Of a DNA stretch of 64,000 nucleotides, positions 27,971 to 40,133 are shown piece by piece. How positions within the stretch are numbered: the stretch's first letter is position 1; every line of letters starts with the position of its first letter. This stretch comes from Klebsormidium nitens. Its lineage: Eukaryota; Plantae; Klebsormidiophyceae. A program made the translations under genes and the position numbers. The stretch is taken from the NCBI GenBank assembly GCA_000708835.1, contig DF237006.1, forward strand, positions 193,817 to 257,816, given 5' to 3'. The notes under the pieces are model-generated. The model saw nothing but the letters and a program-made list of their open reading frames with translations, did not search any database and was not told the origin of the DNA.

Positions 27971-29523
27971 GGCTGCTAGCCACCGGCTGGCCGCGCGCTG
28001 GCATACACAGATAGCGCAACGCAGGGGAGCAAAAATCGCTAGATAGCACAAACGCAATGGGCGCAAAAGGCGCTGAGAGCTGGTATCCCCTGCAACGCTG
28101 CAAGAGAATGAGGGATTTGGCTGCAGATTGCACGAAAGCAATGCTCAGGCTGTGCAATGCATGAGCTAGCCGAGTCAGCTCAGCGCGGCTGCTAGCTTAG
28201 GGCCGGGCGCGCCCGCGGCCGGGCTGGGTATTAAACCTTAGGGTTATTACTAACTGGAAGCTTGAGCGGGCAACTGTGGCTGGTTAGGACTCAGGTTACG
28301 TACCGCGCGCGGGTGCCAGCCGCCGCGCCGGTAGGGCGGCCGCGCTACTAAGGAAAGCGGCCGCCGAGGAGGGGGCGCGCCGCAGGCGCCGCGGCTGCTC
28401 CTCGGCTGCTCCCTGCGTCATGGTCGGAACAGAACTTTGTGAGAAGCTTTTGAACAGAAGACTCGTCGACTCGCACCACCGTCGCTCTAAATGACATCAG
28501 AAGAGAGATAATTACGCTGTAGCGCACCTGGAGGAGTCACATTGTTTTCGACTGCGTTAGCTCAGATTGATTCAAAGCGCTGAAGCGCATCGTGTACTCT
28601 GATACTCAACACAACACTCCGGATCCATTCAAAGTCTTGACTTCGTACGACCTCAGTGGCGAGATGCGTATCTGGGCGCTAAGTGACTTGATTGTCATAA
28701 ATCATCTATTCTTCGTGCGCATTAAGTTCTTTGACGACGACTTTCAACTCCGATTTGCCGATTGTGCAACCAGGAGCCCGCTCGTTGCTTATTCAATTTG
28801 ATCTGTCATGCGCGAAATGGACGCATCCATGTCCACTTTCCCGGCCTCTGCGAGCGGCGGCGCTGCAATCCGCCCTTAGTTACCGTTGCAACTAGCGCCA
28901 TAGCTACAATATCGACGGTCAGTCCGTTTGACAGATCTAAGTTCGGACAACTGAAGGGCGCTCCGACCTCAAAGACCCATGAAAAGGGGCGAGGCGCGAG
29001 CTATAACATCCGTGATCTTCAGTGAAGCAATCCAGTATAGAGTAAGTGAAGAAGCCGTAGCCCCTAGCTCCATATGCGCGCACATGCACCAAAAAGAAGT
29101 GCATGAAGGAAGCTCTTGCACCTTGCGCTGCCGGTTCATGCGGAGCTCATTCGATACCGAAGTGCAATTGCTTGTGAGAGCTCGTTCAATGTAAGTATCC
29201 AAGCAATCACAAGCTCGGGATGCCAACTCTTTGGCGGCCAGATATGTCTTTCATGATCATTTCGTCCAGGCTAATCTGAGAACCATATCGGTCTCTAGCA
29301 CTGAATGCCTCTGAAGGCTCTTCACAACACTGGACCGCTACTAACATAAGGGACTCACATCGTTTGAACTTCGTAATAGCCCGCGGACAATCTCGCACCG
29401 TTTCAGCCGATCAGATCGTGTTTAAGAATGTAGACCATCGATCTGACCGTTTGATGCTACCTTAGGCCCTGTGCTTGCATCGTGAACGATGCGCCGTAAA
29501 GCAACTCAAAGTAAAGCTGGGTG

Positions 29524-31504
29524 CTACACTGTTGTTACTTGGCTGGTCAATTGGGCCTTCAGCCACGACTTCAGGTCAGCTATCTCCTGCGGGCATGAGC
29601 TGTGCGCCATCCGGGGGTACGTCTGCAGATACGATCCGAAACAAAGTTACACCAATCGTCCTCGATCGAACGCTATGAAGGTGTCAAACAAAGCGCTAAA
29701 CGACACGCACGGCAAACAAAATCACCAGATTTCCTGTGTGACTGTGGTCATCAATATCGAAACATGACACTCTTGGGCAGTAACGCTTGATCGACATCAG
29801 ATATAAAAACCAGCACCGCCTGTTTTGTGACATCAGCTTTCAGAGAAGGTGCAAGTAGCGAGCAATTAAATCGAGCCCAGTATCAGATTATTCATAAGCC
29901 CCTACAAGAACAGAAAATCTGAACAGGGCTGGACCAGAACATGAATGTGTCTTACAGGGAGGAACTTAGCGAGGCACTCAGGTCGGGGTCGCGATGACAA
30001 GGAGACTCGATGAGACTGGCTCGACAGTGAGGCGTGGAAAACCGCACTCCGGCATTCAGCACGCACTAAATCAGGCGACTTCACCTTCAGTTCGCAGGAA
30101 ACCCCTGCAGCCTGTAACCGCGGGCACCCAACCCGCGCGTTGGCATACTCCACAACGTTGTCTGCATCTCCATGACACCACAAAATGGGCGTCTTCTTCC
30201 CGCCTTCCGTTATTTGCAATTCTTGAGAAGGGATCCAGCCGCTGAACACCACAGCTCCCCCTAAGGTTTCGGGGTACAGGAGGGAGCTGGCCAGTGCCAG
30301 CGCACCTGCGGGAGGCAAACTCCGGGTCGCATTTCCAAATCAAGGGCTCAAGACTTGAGGATTTGGAATTTACAATGTGTTGTTTGGTCAGGTCCTTTTC
30401 AAGTTGTCCCTGTCACAACAAGCGGATGGCGGCATGCGGTGATCGACAACAGATCGCAAGAAGTGTTTGCGATGGTAGAGTGTCTCTTAGTGACGATCGT
30501 GTGGAAGAAGACCTTCCTGCGTTAGACAGGAGCCGAAACACAAGAAGACTTCGTATCTGCTCCTTTTCTCACAGGGCTTTTCAGGCAAGGAGCTTAAGGG
30601 TTACGTCAGCCAAGGCATCATAAGCGGGCCCTCACCTCCTTGGCTGAACCCTCCCAGGAAGATCGAAGAGGCGGGGACTCCAGAGGCCTTGTACTTGTCC
30701 ACCTTTGCATGTACTCGGTGGATTGCCGCTAGCAATTCCTTGTCACTGGTATGAGGGGACGCCTGCAATCCCAAGGGACTTTCCTTCGAAGTAGACTTGA
30801 GCCCCAGACCTGGAGCTTACATCACTACCATTGATCAACCCCAGCACTCGCGTTATTTTGGAACCAGTTTTCTGGCTCTGCCGTTGGGAGCTAAACAAGG
30901 ATGCAGACCTCATCACCACCGACCTTTACTTTCTTTCAAAAGGAAAACCAGTAAGAGTGCGTTTGTTCGAACAACGTGATACGGATGGAAGAGAGCTTTG
31001 ATACATCTAAAGTGGACAAGATGCTGGAGCCCGAGGCTTAAAACACAAAACCTGAAGTCTTGATTTTCTGCTCACCGGAGTAATCGGGATCTCGAGCAGA
31101 TCAAACCAGGAGGGCATCCGATAGCCACCTGAATAGCGTAGGCGCATGGAGTCAGCCGGCGCGTGAAAGATGACCTGAAAGTATGACAGCGCTTGGGCTG
31201 ATGCATTCTTAAATTGCTCTGTACGGCATTGCATTTGGGGAGTAGTCAAAGCTGGAGCCGTTTCTATACTTGGTGTGCTCATGGTGGGGAAAAGTTTGTG
31301 ATAGGTTTTCACTGGTGATCACTCACCGTTGCAGCTGACAGGGGCAATTGGCGCATTTGGAAACTCCCACTTGAGATTCCTGAACTCTGGGTCTTTGAAG
31401 TCCCACGTTATCCCCTCCCATGAATCCCCGCTGTCTCCAAGCCCATGCATAAAGATGAACACTGCCTGAACAGCTGTCGCAGCTCCACTTGACGAGGAAG
31501 CCAT
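29524..31504 (-). CDS. Phospholipase/carboxylesterase (acyl-protein thioesterase family, SOBER1/TIPSY1-like); exons 31327-31504, 31076-31128, 30636-30762, 30085-30305, 29524-29622; possible upstream ATG at 31792
   Basis: [29 protein letters not shown], nucleophile GGFSQGGALAL, GGAVVFSGW, KTPILWCHGDAD (Asp) and YPRMAHS (His) give a complete alpha/beta-hydrolase triad. Confidence 0.92.
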
Positions 31505-32174
31505 TGCACGAACACCAGAACCGAGAAGACTTCTTTTGGACACTCCCGTTTGAGATAGACTGCCCTTCTTATGGTGCGTTTCGGGTTTGTATGCAAAGAA
31601 GTGTCCGAACACCGCCTTTTGGGCTGACTTCTTCAAAGCTTCATGTGGGTGCAGGATAGACCTGTGCAGGTTTTCAATAACGTGCGGGATGCCCCCAAGA
31701 TAAGTGCTTCTGCACACCGGCCGCTGAGAATGCTGGAAGAGTGGGTGTTGCACCTTTCTTGCAAGTGTCTGCAGGTGCAAAGAGCAAGCCATTCACAGGC
31801 CCTAACGCCAATGGCTCTGAAGCTGCCAGTGGCCGCCACTCCCTTTCTGTATAGGAGAGGAAGCAGCAGTGCATGCGCCCAATTACCACTGCCAGTAGCT
31901 GCACTAGCATACCTAGCCATACCTAGCCAACATCGTAAGACTGGGGGTCTGCTTGGGTGGAGATCGTCTGTGAACGGTGTAGATAGGGGCCTTGATCCGC
32001 ATCGGACGGTTGACGAGACTGCGAGGGGGCCAATGCACCTGTCCTTCGAGCACACTTCTAATCTAGAAGAGGTCCTGCTGCAGAACTGAGCACTGCAGCT
32101 GCGTATGTCACATCGCTCACAAGCGGGCACAGATTGTTGGGCGCATTGAGACTTGAACCCAGCTAGTTTCTGCC

Positions 32175-34907
32175 ATGGCGGCCATCACATTAGCCGTGCC
32201 CTGCTCTTCCTGCCTTGCTGCTTCTAGTCTTGCTTCCCTGAACTCAGTCAGCTCTGCCAAACACCTTGTGCCTGTGCCAAGATTTCAGTACAATGCAGGC
32301 AGGTCCAGCAGAAGTGTTCGGTGCCAGGCTAGAGGTTCTCAGTTGAACCCCAGCGAAATGCACAGTTTGACAAGGAGAGAAGCGCTTGGGGCTGCAGCGG
32401 CTGTTCTTGGACTCTCGCAATTGGCGGGCCCCGTTGGTGCGGCAGAGGAGTTCAACACATTCTATGGCAAAGCTGGTGAGACCAGGCCTCGTTGAGTCAG
32501 CAAGGGCAGCGCTTGCCAATTGCAGGCGTAAAGCTACCATTTCTGATTGATAAATGAAGTCAGACTTGTGCAGCATTGTATTCATTTTTCTGAATGGTCT
32601 CTTGGCAAGTATACTTGACATTTTCATGTCAGGACCAGATACGTCGCTTCAGCTTGGTGCCACCAGCAGAGACACCAGGTGGCACGTGTATCATCAATGC
32701 CTTTGACTTTGAATAGAGCAGTGGCCTCTCCTTTGCTTCAACCATCCAATCTTCTTCATCCAAAATAGTGTCAAGCATAGGGCGCAAGCGCTCTCTAGCC
32801 TGCGCTTGAATGAGGTCTGCATGAGTACAAGGAGTTCTTGAACAGGAAACTGTTTCTTGACCGTAATTAAGTACGAAAGAAACATCAGCTGGGACCACAC
32901 CAAATCGAACAAGGGTGATGTGTGGAGGACAAGGACATTTAAAATCTACACCCAGGTATTGCCATGACAAAGAAACTGGCACTTAGACACGAGCTCAGGT
33001 GCTGTCCCAGCGCAGATAGTGCCCTCTGAATGAAAGCTGGCCTGTCTGGACTGCAATCCTTCTCAGTTGGATCTGTAGTTTTTGAGATTGCAACACAGCC
33101 AGCAATCTGAATTGGCGATTACGAAGGGCCTGGAAACCTTTTTGTAGACTGGTCGTGCGTAGGGCTGCAGATAGGTCTAATCTACACCAGGTAGCCAACT
33201 TACAAAAAGCTGACGAGTTCTTGTGCTGGGAGGGCCTTTGGTGCCCTTTAGAACCCTTCAGGGCCCTTGAAAAGCACAACATGAATAAAGCCGCAAGAGT
33301 GTCAACCGCTTAACGAGGTCGAATGGGGTCGTCAGAGAGGCTGAGGAAAAGCCCTCAACATCATACTACATGCCACCACTTTCCTCTTACTTGGATATTC
33401 TTTTCTGCAGCAAGCGCATCATCGTACGGAGGCTACGGAGGCAACGCCGGCACCAACACCGAGGCAGAGTACGTGTATGACGTTCCAGCAGGCTGGAAGG
33501 AGCGCGTGATCAGCAAGGTCGAGAAGGGGACCAACGGGACTGACAGTGAATGGTACAACCCAGCAAACAAGAAGGAGAAGATTTATACCACATACCTGGG
33601 CGGGTTCCGGAAGCTGGGGCCAAAGGTGGGTTCTTGGACCCCAAGCTTTTTATCGATCAAGGAAGCATGTACTTAGAACGTTAGCATATCGTTCCGTTTG
33701 GCGGAAGTTGGCCAATCCACGAACGCAAGAGGATGCTGTTCAAGGCTTTGACTGTGTGACAGCACTTGGTGTACGTTTGCCAAAGGCTAATGACTTGATT
33801 TCGTCGTCACCCCTTCAGTGTTGTCCCTTCAGTTGACAAACATGTACGAAGCCGCTCATGCTTTTGCATGGCTCGTTGCCCCAGGAAGTGTCGAACTTAA
33901 AAGGCGATGGAGCTGGAATACTAAATCAGAAGAGGGTCGGAAGGTGGATTCGGCAAACGTTCCGCACTGTCGGCTTCGTGTAATTGGGAACCGAAATCGT
34001 CCCGGTGCTTCGTGCGCCGAGCCGTATCCTAGCTACAGGCGGGCCAACACCCGCCACAGAAGATTCCTCAGTCCCTTTTCATTCCGGTTGTTTCTCTTTT
34101 CGGTCGAGCTTTCTCTTCGGCTCGTTCTAAGGAGGAATTACTCTCGGCTTCACGACATTGACCTTCTGTCTCGCAATGAGGGTCTGCACACAGTCTGCTG
34201 CAGTTTACGCGTTCGTCAAGGCACCATGTATTGCTGACAGACTCAACGCCTGATCCTGCGCAAATTGGACTCCCCTGTTTTGGAAGAGGACTAGACGAAT
34301 TTTCGTTGAAGAAGTCTAAGAATTTCATTCTTCGTACCTTCGCAATGACCATTCTCTTTTTGTGCAATGCGAGGTAACTTATCAGAGCCGTCGACGTAAA
34401 AGTATGATTGCTGAGGCCGATCTGAATACCAAGTGCTCCAGCATTGGATGTTCGCAACAATTTCTGTTCGACATCCGACACCTTAATCACCTCCATTGCA
34501 GGTCCAGTCTACTCAGCCCCACGTTTCTGCCGGTCAGTTTCGTCTGTATTGGCGACCCTTTCTGAAAACTTCTTCAACGCCCTGGGCTGTGTCTCTAACG
34601 CTGAAATTGAAAGGGCTAACGGCGCCTCTTGCAGGAGAACATCATCAACGACCTGGCCCTGTCGGATGTGAAGATCCAGGACGCGTTGGGCTCTGCGGAC
34701 AACTTCGACCAGCGGGAGCGGAAAGACGATGCCGGACAGCTGTACTACGACTACGAGATCGACAACCCCGGCTCCGGCCACACGTTGATCACCGTGACGG
34801 TAGCTCGGAACAAGTTGTACGCTGTCTTTGTCATGGCGCCGAACGCGGCTTGGAACAAGGACGAGAAGATGTTGAGGAGGATGTGGTCGTCTTTCAGGAC
34901 CATTTGA
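32175..34907 (+). CDS. PsbP-domain thylakoid lumen protein (PPD family); exons 32175-32475, 33411-33625, 34635-34907
   Basis: Ser/Arg-rich transit peptide, twin-Arg TRREALG plus hydrophobic stretch and AxA site; mature part YGGYGGNA...AEYVYDVPAGWKERVISKVEKGTNGTDSEWYNP...LALSDVKIQD...YYDYEID...HTLITVTVARNKLYA...SSFRTI. From memory it resembles Arabidopsis At5g27390-type PPD. Confidence 0.92.
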
Positions 34908-35775
34908 TTCGTTTGACTAGAAGTTTTGACGGTGTTGAGGACTTCGTCGAGAAAACGAGTTGACCAATTGGATTCGACTAGCTAAACTGACTTTTTTTGA
35001 CCAGACTCGAAGACTCCTTTTTGCAACATTGTGTCGTTATGCGATACTGAACGGTCACTTTTCGATCCGTTTGATTTGCGACTAGGCACGCAAAAGGGTC
35101 TTTGACTCGATCCATAAAATTTTGTATCTGGATGCAACCATCTGATCATCAGAATCATGGTTCTTAGAAGATGCAATCCGATGGAAACAATTAATCCTTG
35201 AGCAGCCCCGACACTTTTGCACCTGGCATGCAGCAGTGCACATGCGCCTCTTGAGCCTGAGCGATGCAACTGACAGTTCGACGGTCGCCTTTTGACCATG
35301 CAATTCGAGTCTGTGTATGCATTGCATGTGCTTAACATATCAGACACACCGTCTCGACCTGGATCCGCGGATGCATGTCTCACATATGCATGGTGCGAAG
35401 TGAAACCTCCATACGTGAACTCCATGCCGTCATATAGCTCTGTATTGATGCAATCAGCCACGTACTGCATCATGATCGTCTTGTCATTGCATGTGGCGCG
35501 TACATGCACAGCCAAGGACGCCCGAGCACCTCAATTCTGTCACGGATTGAACAAACCTGCGACAAAAAATTCTGACCGGCAAACCATTCGAAGCAACTCC
35601 ACCCTGATAGGGACATGCGGAAGAGTGGTCGGAACCACTTTCACTTTGGAGAAGCGATTAGGCAGGACAATCAATTTTGTCCTACCGGCTGCAACGAGCA
35701 CTCGCGCGCCCCCACCTGCAAACCCCTTGGCCAACGTCTCTGCTTTGGCTCCGACTCATCGAGCACCCGCTCTCG

Positions 35776-38700
35776 CTAGTACCTAGAACCCCCTCTCCTT
35801 CCACCCCCGCCTCTTCCCCTGCCCCGGCCTCTACCCCTCCCACCAAAAGCCTCTGGCTCCTCCACCTTGCCGAACGAGAACATGTTTTGCCGAAGTTGCT
35901 CCGCCGCGCTCAAAGGACGCGCATTCGCTGCAGAAAGGCGGCAGGCATGAGGGATGCAACCGTCCTTCACAGAAAGCATCCAAGATCCGCGACTAGTCGG
36001 CCGTCTGACCTTGTTGGGTCTTCGGTACATTCGACGACAAACAAGCGGATGGTCGAGTTGAAACAAGCAGGACAGAACACACAAGGGCCTGGTGCAACTT
36101 CCCTAATCTGGATGATTAATTGCTTGCTTCTGCAGTCCTGCTTTCGATCACACAGGAAGGTGTTGACATGAATGAGACCGACTCAGTCGTCCAAGCTCAA
36201 TCGCGATTTTGGGGAATGGGTACAACGACCTGCCGGTTTCGTAAGGCAGTTCCGGTGCCGATGAGCTTCTAACAGATAAATCCGTTTCGACTTACCAAGC
36301 GCCGCTTCTCTTTCTTCCAGGTCAAACTGCTCCTGCATCCTCCGCGCCAGCTCCTCATCCGTCTCGACCACTTTACTCCCCCCCACTCCCCCTGCTTTCT
36401 TCGCCTCCCATTCCTCCAACGTCATGCCCACGTCACCGTCGTCGTCATCATATCTCCTCCGCCTCCCCCCCCTTCCTCGCCCCCTGCCGCGGCCCCCCCT
36501 GAAGCCGTCGGATCCTTCGTCATCCCGCCTCTCGAGTAGCTTCATCGCCGCCGACTTGTTCTGGACGGGGGCAGCCGCCTGCGGCAAAACCACCCCCCCG
36601 TCGGGCGCCTTTTCTCTTCCGCTCGACGCACTTGCACCCGGCTCCGGCTTTCCGTTGTTCTGAGTTGCTGTACCAGCTTTCTCGAACGGCATGCCACGAG
36701 CGGAAGCAGTACCAGGGGGCGTGCTTCGCCCGAAGTCGGCAGTCCCCTGGACGGCTTGAGGTCTCGCAAGGCCCGGATCCTCATCTCGGACGTTTGCGTC
36801 TGCAGATTTGGAGAGTCCGTTTCCCCTTTGTGTTTCGTTGCCCTCCGTCCTGGGAGGCTCCACCGAGCTCGAAGTGGCACCACCCCTTCTAACGCCATCA
36901 CCCCTCCCCTCAGTGTCCTGACCCACCTGCCCCAGAGACCTATCTCCGGGCTTCAAAGGTCCTTTCGGCTCGCTACTTGACGCCGAAGATTCTGTCGCCG
37001 TGGAGTGTGTGCCACTTGTTGCCGTAGCTTCAGACCGCGGCCGGGGCCGGTACGGCTCAGCGCCCGGCCGCATACGGACGCTCTCTCGCGGCCGTACTAC
37101 CCCGCCGCCGTCCAGAATCCTTGTGCCGCTCTCCGCTTCTGCCTGAACGCGCCTGGAATCCTGAGACGGCGCTCCCGATTCGTTCCGCCAATCCCCACTG
37201 GCGCCTCTCCCTGCGCCGGCCCCTCGCCAGTCTTCCCCTGCTGAGCCCCGCTGCGCGCTTCGTTCTCCCGTCGCATCAAAGCGTTGGGAGTCCGATACGC
37301 CAACCTTTATATCCTTGTTTTTGCGGTCAGTGCTCCACCCAGCGGGCCCTCCTTCTCTGATTGACTCGCCCCTCTGCCCCTTGCCGCCACGCCCCCCAAG
37401 GACACTGCCGTATGCGCCCCCAGCCTCGCCCCTCTGCTGCGAAACCCCGCCCTGTCGCCCGCTGACGGCACGCCCTGCCGAGCCGTGTGCCGACCGAACC
37501 TCGTTCACTTTCGTATCTGACGCCACCTGTGCCGGACTTTGGGTTACGGCTGGTGGCTCGACAACCGCCTTCCCTCCCTTAATGTGGACACCCGTGAAGG
37601 GCGGGGGGCGGGGCCCATCGACCGACTTCCCGGCCCCCGCTTTGAGAATAATCTTCATCTTGCGGTCCAGGTCCCACGAATCTGCTAAAGCGGGAACACG
37701 CCCCCCAAGGACTCGGACGTTCTTGACGGCCAGGAGGATTACGCCGGAGATGATGGGGGCGTCGATGAGCGCCACCTGAGAATCGCAGAAAACGTGGCGT
37801 CAAACCACTGAATCCCATCTTCGAGAATGGAGTAGTGAGTATTTCAGATTGCCAACGAAACACTCGACGGATACGTCATAAGACTCTGCAGCGGACCTGT
37901 TAGTCCAGAATAAACCGGTCAGAAGGCTTGTGAAGGGCAACGAGTGGGTTTTGGATCGAGCTCAGGAGCCTATCACTGGAGACCAGTTGCCTTCAGCGGC
38001 TGAAAGAGGGATCAACGAATATGCTGATCGAAACTTGTTCGGAAGGAAGCCTGCATAAAGTTCATACTGAGAGAAACAGCCAGTAACCAATAAAAGGATC
38101 ATCAAATTGAGGGCCAGAAATTGGCAGGCGTCAACCGAGGTGCACCATACCCCCTCCTGTAGGAATCGCCTTCCGCTTTCTTGTCGTTCCCCCCTGCGAC
38201 ATTCTTACCGGATTCCTCCTGAGCTCTCTGATTTCGACCAAGTAAAGTGGAATTATTGGGATGGCCAGGAAGCAGCTAATTCATATATTACGGGAGTGTT
38301 TTGTCAAGCATATAATCGGGCAAACATTGCAGAAACGAGTCTAGCAAAGTTCCTGCGGTGGAAACTGCATCGTCGGAAACAGATTGGTTGTCAAGAGCTA
38401 CAATCTGACGAAATCTGCTTCTAGCAGATCTCTGCTAGACTGACGACCAGGCAGAAAAGTATGACTGCTTGCCTTTGTGCCTGGGGGGAGATCAGGAGAA
38501 AGCGACGTGATTGGCTGGTACTCGATTGCCGTTGCCGTCACGTGGCCATCAGTCAGCCTCACTCGGAGGAGCCGGGGAGCGGTCCCTGCGCCCCCTGAAA
38601 CCTTGCTCGGCTGAGAAACATTCTGGATTGACACAACCTGGAGGGAGGGGGCATGCTTTCTGTTAAAGAGTCTCACAAAAGTCAAGAACAGCAGTCTGAG

Positions 38701-39618
38701 GCAGTGCTTTGGGATCAGCTTATTGATCTCAGTGCTTGAAGGTGGCTCGTGTGTGCAACAGTATGGCTTTCGAGATCAGCATTCACAAAGTCAGATTGTG
38801 CCAAAGCTTGGCAGCTGCTTGTGTCGAGCGACCCTATCGAGGACAGCCTCACATCCAGCCGTCTCTTTTCTCTCTCTTGATTAGTGAATAGTATAACATC
38901 CTGCAAACATACGGAAAACGAATCACAGACAGGAATGTACAGCAGGACCTTAAGAATGCAGGCAACTTGTTATAGCCTATTGCTTTGCAAAGCTGTTTTA
39001 AGACTTTCTGAAGATGCGTAACATAGTAACTTATACATGGATTGTTGCATGAGAAATTATTGGACAGATTTGAGTACCAATTGTTTGAAGCGGCTTGCCA
39101 AATGCTGGGCGTTCCAAATGTTGGGCGCTCATTCAAGGCGCCACATCTTAGTAGGGGGAAGCAGATGCACCACCATCAATCGGAGTCGGACAATTGCCGC
39201 ATGTCTCCTAAAACAATCATGCTGGGCGCGCGCAGAGAGAAATCCTTTGCACCACCAGCTGCCAGCCTTTCTATCCTCTGCAGGCGCTTAGATGCTTGCT
39301 CAGAAGTTGCAGTCTTCTAGATTCCCTCGGTTGCAATCATCAGCAAAAGAGCCACATAAATGGACCAATAGCTGCCATTGCATTCAGCATTCTCACCTGC
39401 AGCACTCGGATCCCGTCCAGCTGCTTGTTTGTTGCTCGATTCACGTCATCGGGAAGACTAGCCGCTCCCACCTCTCTCAGGTCCGCGTCTTTCAGCGCCA
39501 ACTGAACCGCTCCCAGCTGGGGTGTTCCTCCCACAGACATGTCGTTGACAATGTGTGCGAGGCTCTCCTCGCGGAGGTGCCAGCCTTCCTGCTTCAGAGC
39601 TGCCGCAAGCGTCGCCAT
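35776..39618 (-). CDS. RMI1-N/DUF1767 OB-fold protein, plant TDRD3-like, with long disordered region, UIM-like motif and RGG boxes; exons 39397-39618, 38473-38637, 36296-37775, 35776-35927
   Basis: DADLREVGAASLP...VLQVVSIQNVS...PRLLRVRLTDGH...AIEYQPI..L..DLPPGTKVAL...GVILL...VRVLGGRV is the RMI1/TDRD3 OB-fold signature. It also has ETDEELARRMQEQFDLEE and two (RG)n tracts. GC donor at 38472. Confidence 0.88.
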
Positions 39619-40133
39619 TGCATGCGCTGCTCGAAGTTGGCCGAGTGACGCGAAGTGACTAGTGCTCAAGACTGAGCCTGCTTGTCAGGACTCAGGATGC
39701 AGTGCGCGGAGCGCGCGCTGCGGCATTTCCCGGCGCAGCCCGGCCGCGAATCGTCGTTGACATATGGCGACGCGGGACCGGCATTTTGTGCAGGTTTGAG
39801 AAGCTGGTTAATAACTTTTTGGGGTATCAAAGCGTCGTAACCACTGGCCTAACCTGATGGCCCGCTTGGAGCCCGGTCGCCGCGCGCCCGTTGGCCAGGG
39901 TTTGAAGAGTGCACGGCTCAGCTGCATTGCAACGCTGAGTCGGCTTGGCCACCGTTGCTGGAATGTTTATAGCGCTGGCTTCTGACCAGAATCTTTCATT
40001 CTCTTGCAAGCAATTGCAGAGGATACCAGCTCTTAGCGCTTTCTGCGCCCTTGCGATTCAGCATTCCAGCGATCAGCGATTATCGCGACCTTGCTCTCAG
40101 CGATCAGCGTTCGCCAGCGCGTGGCTAGCAGCC

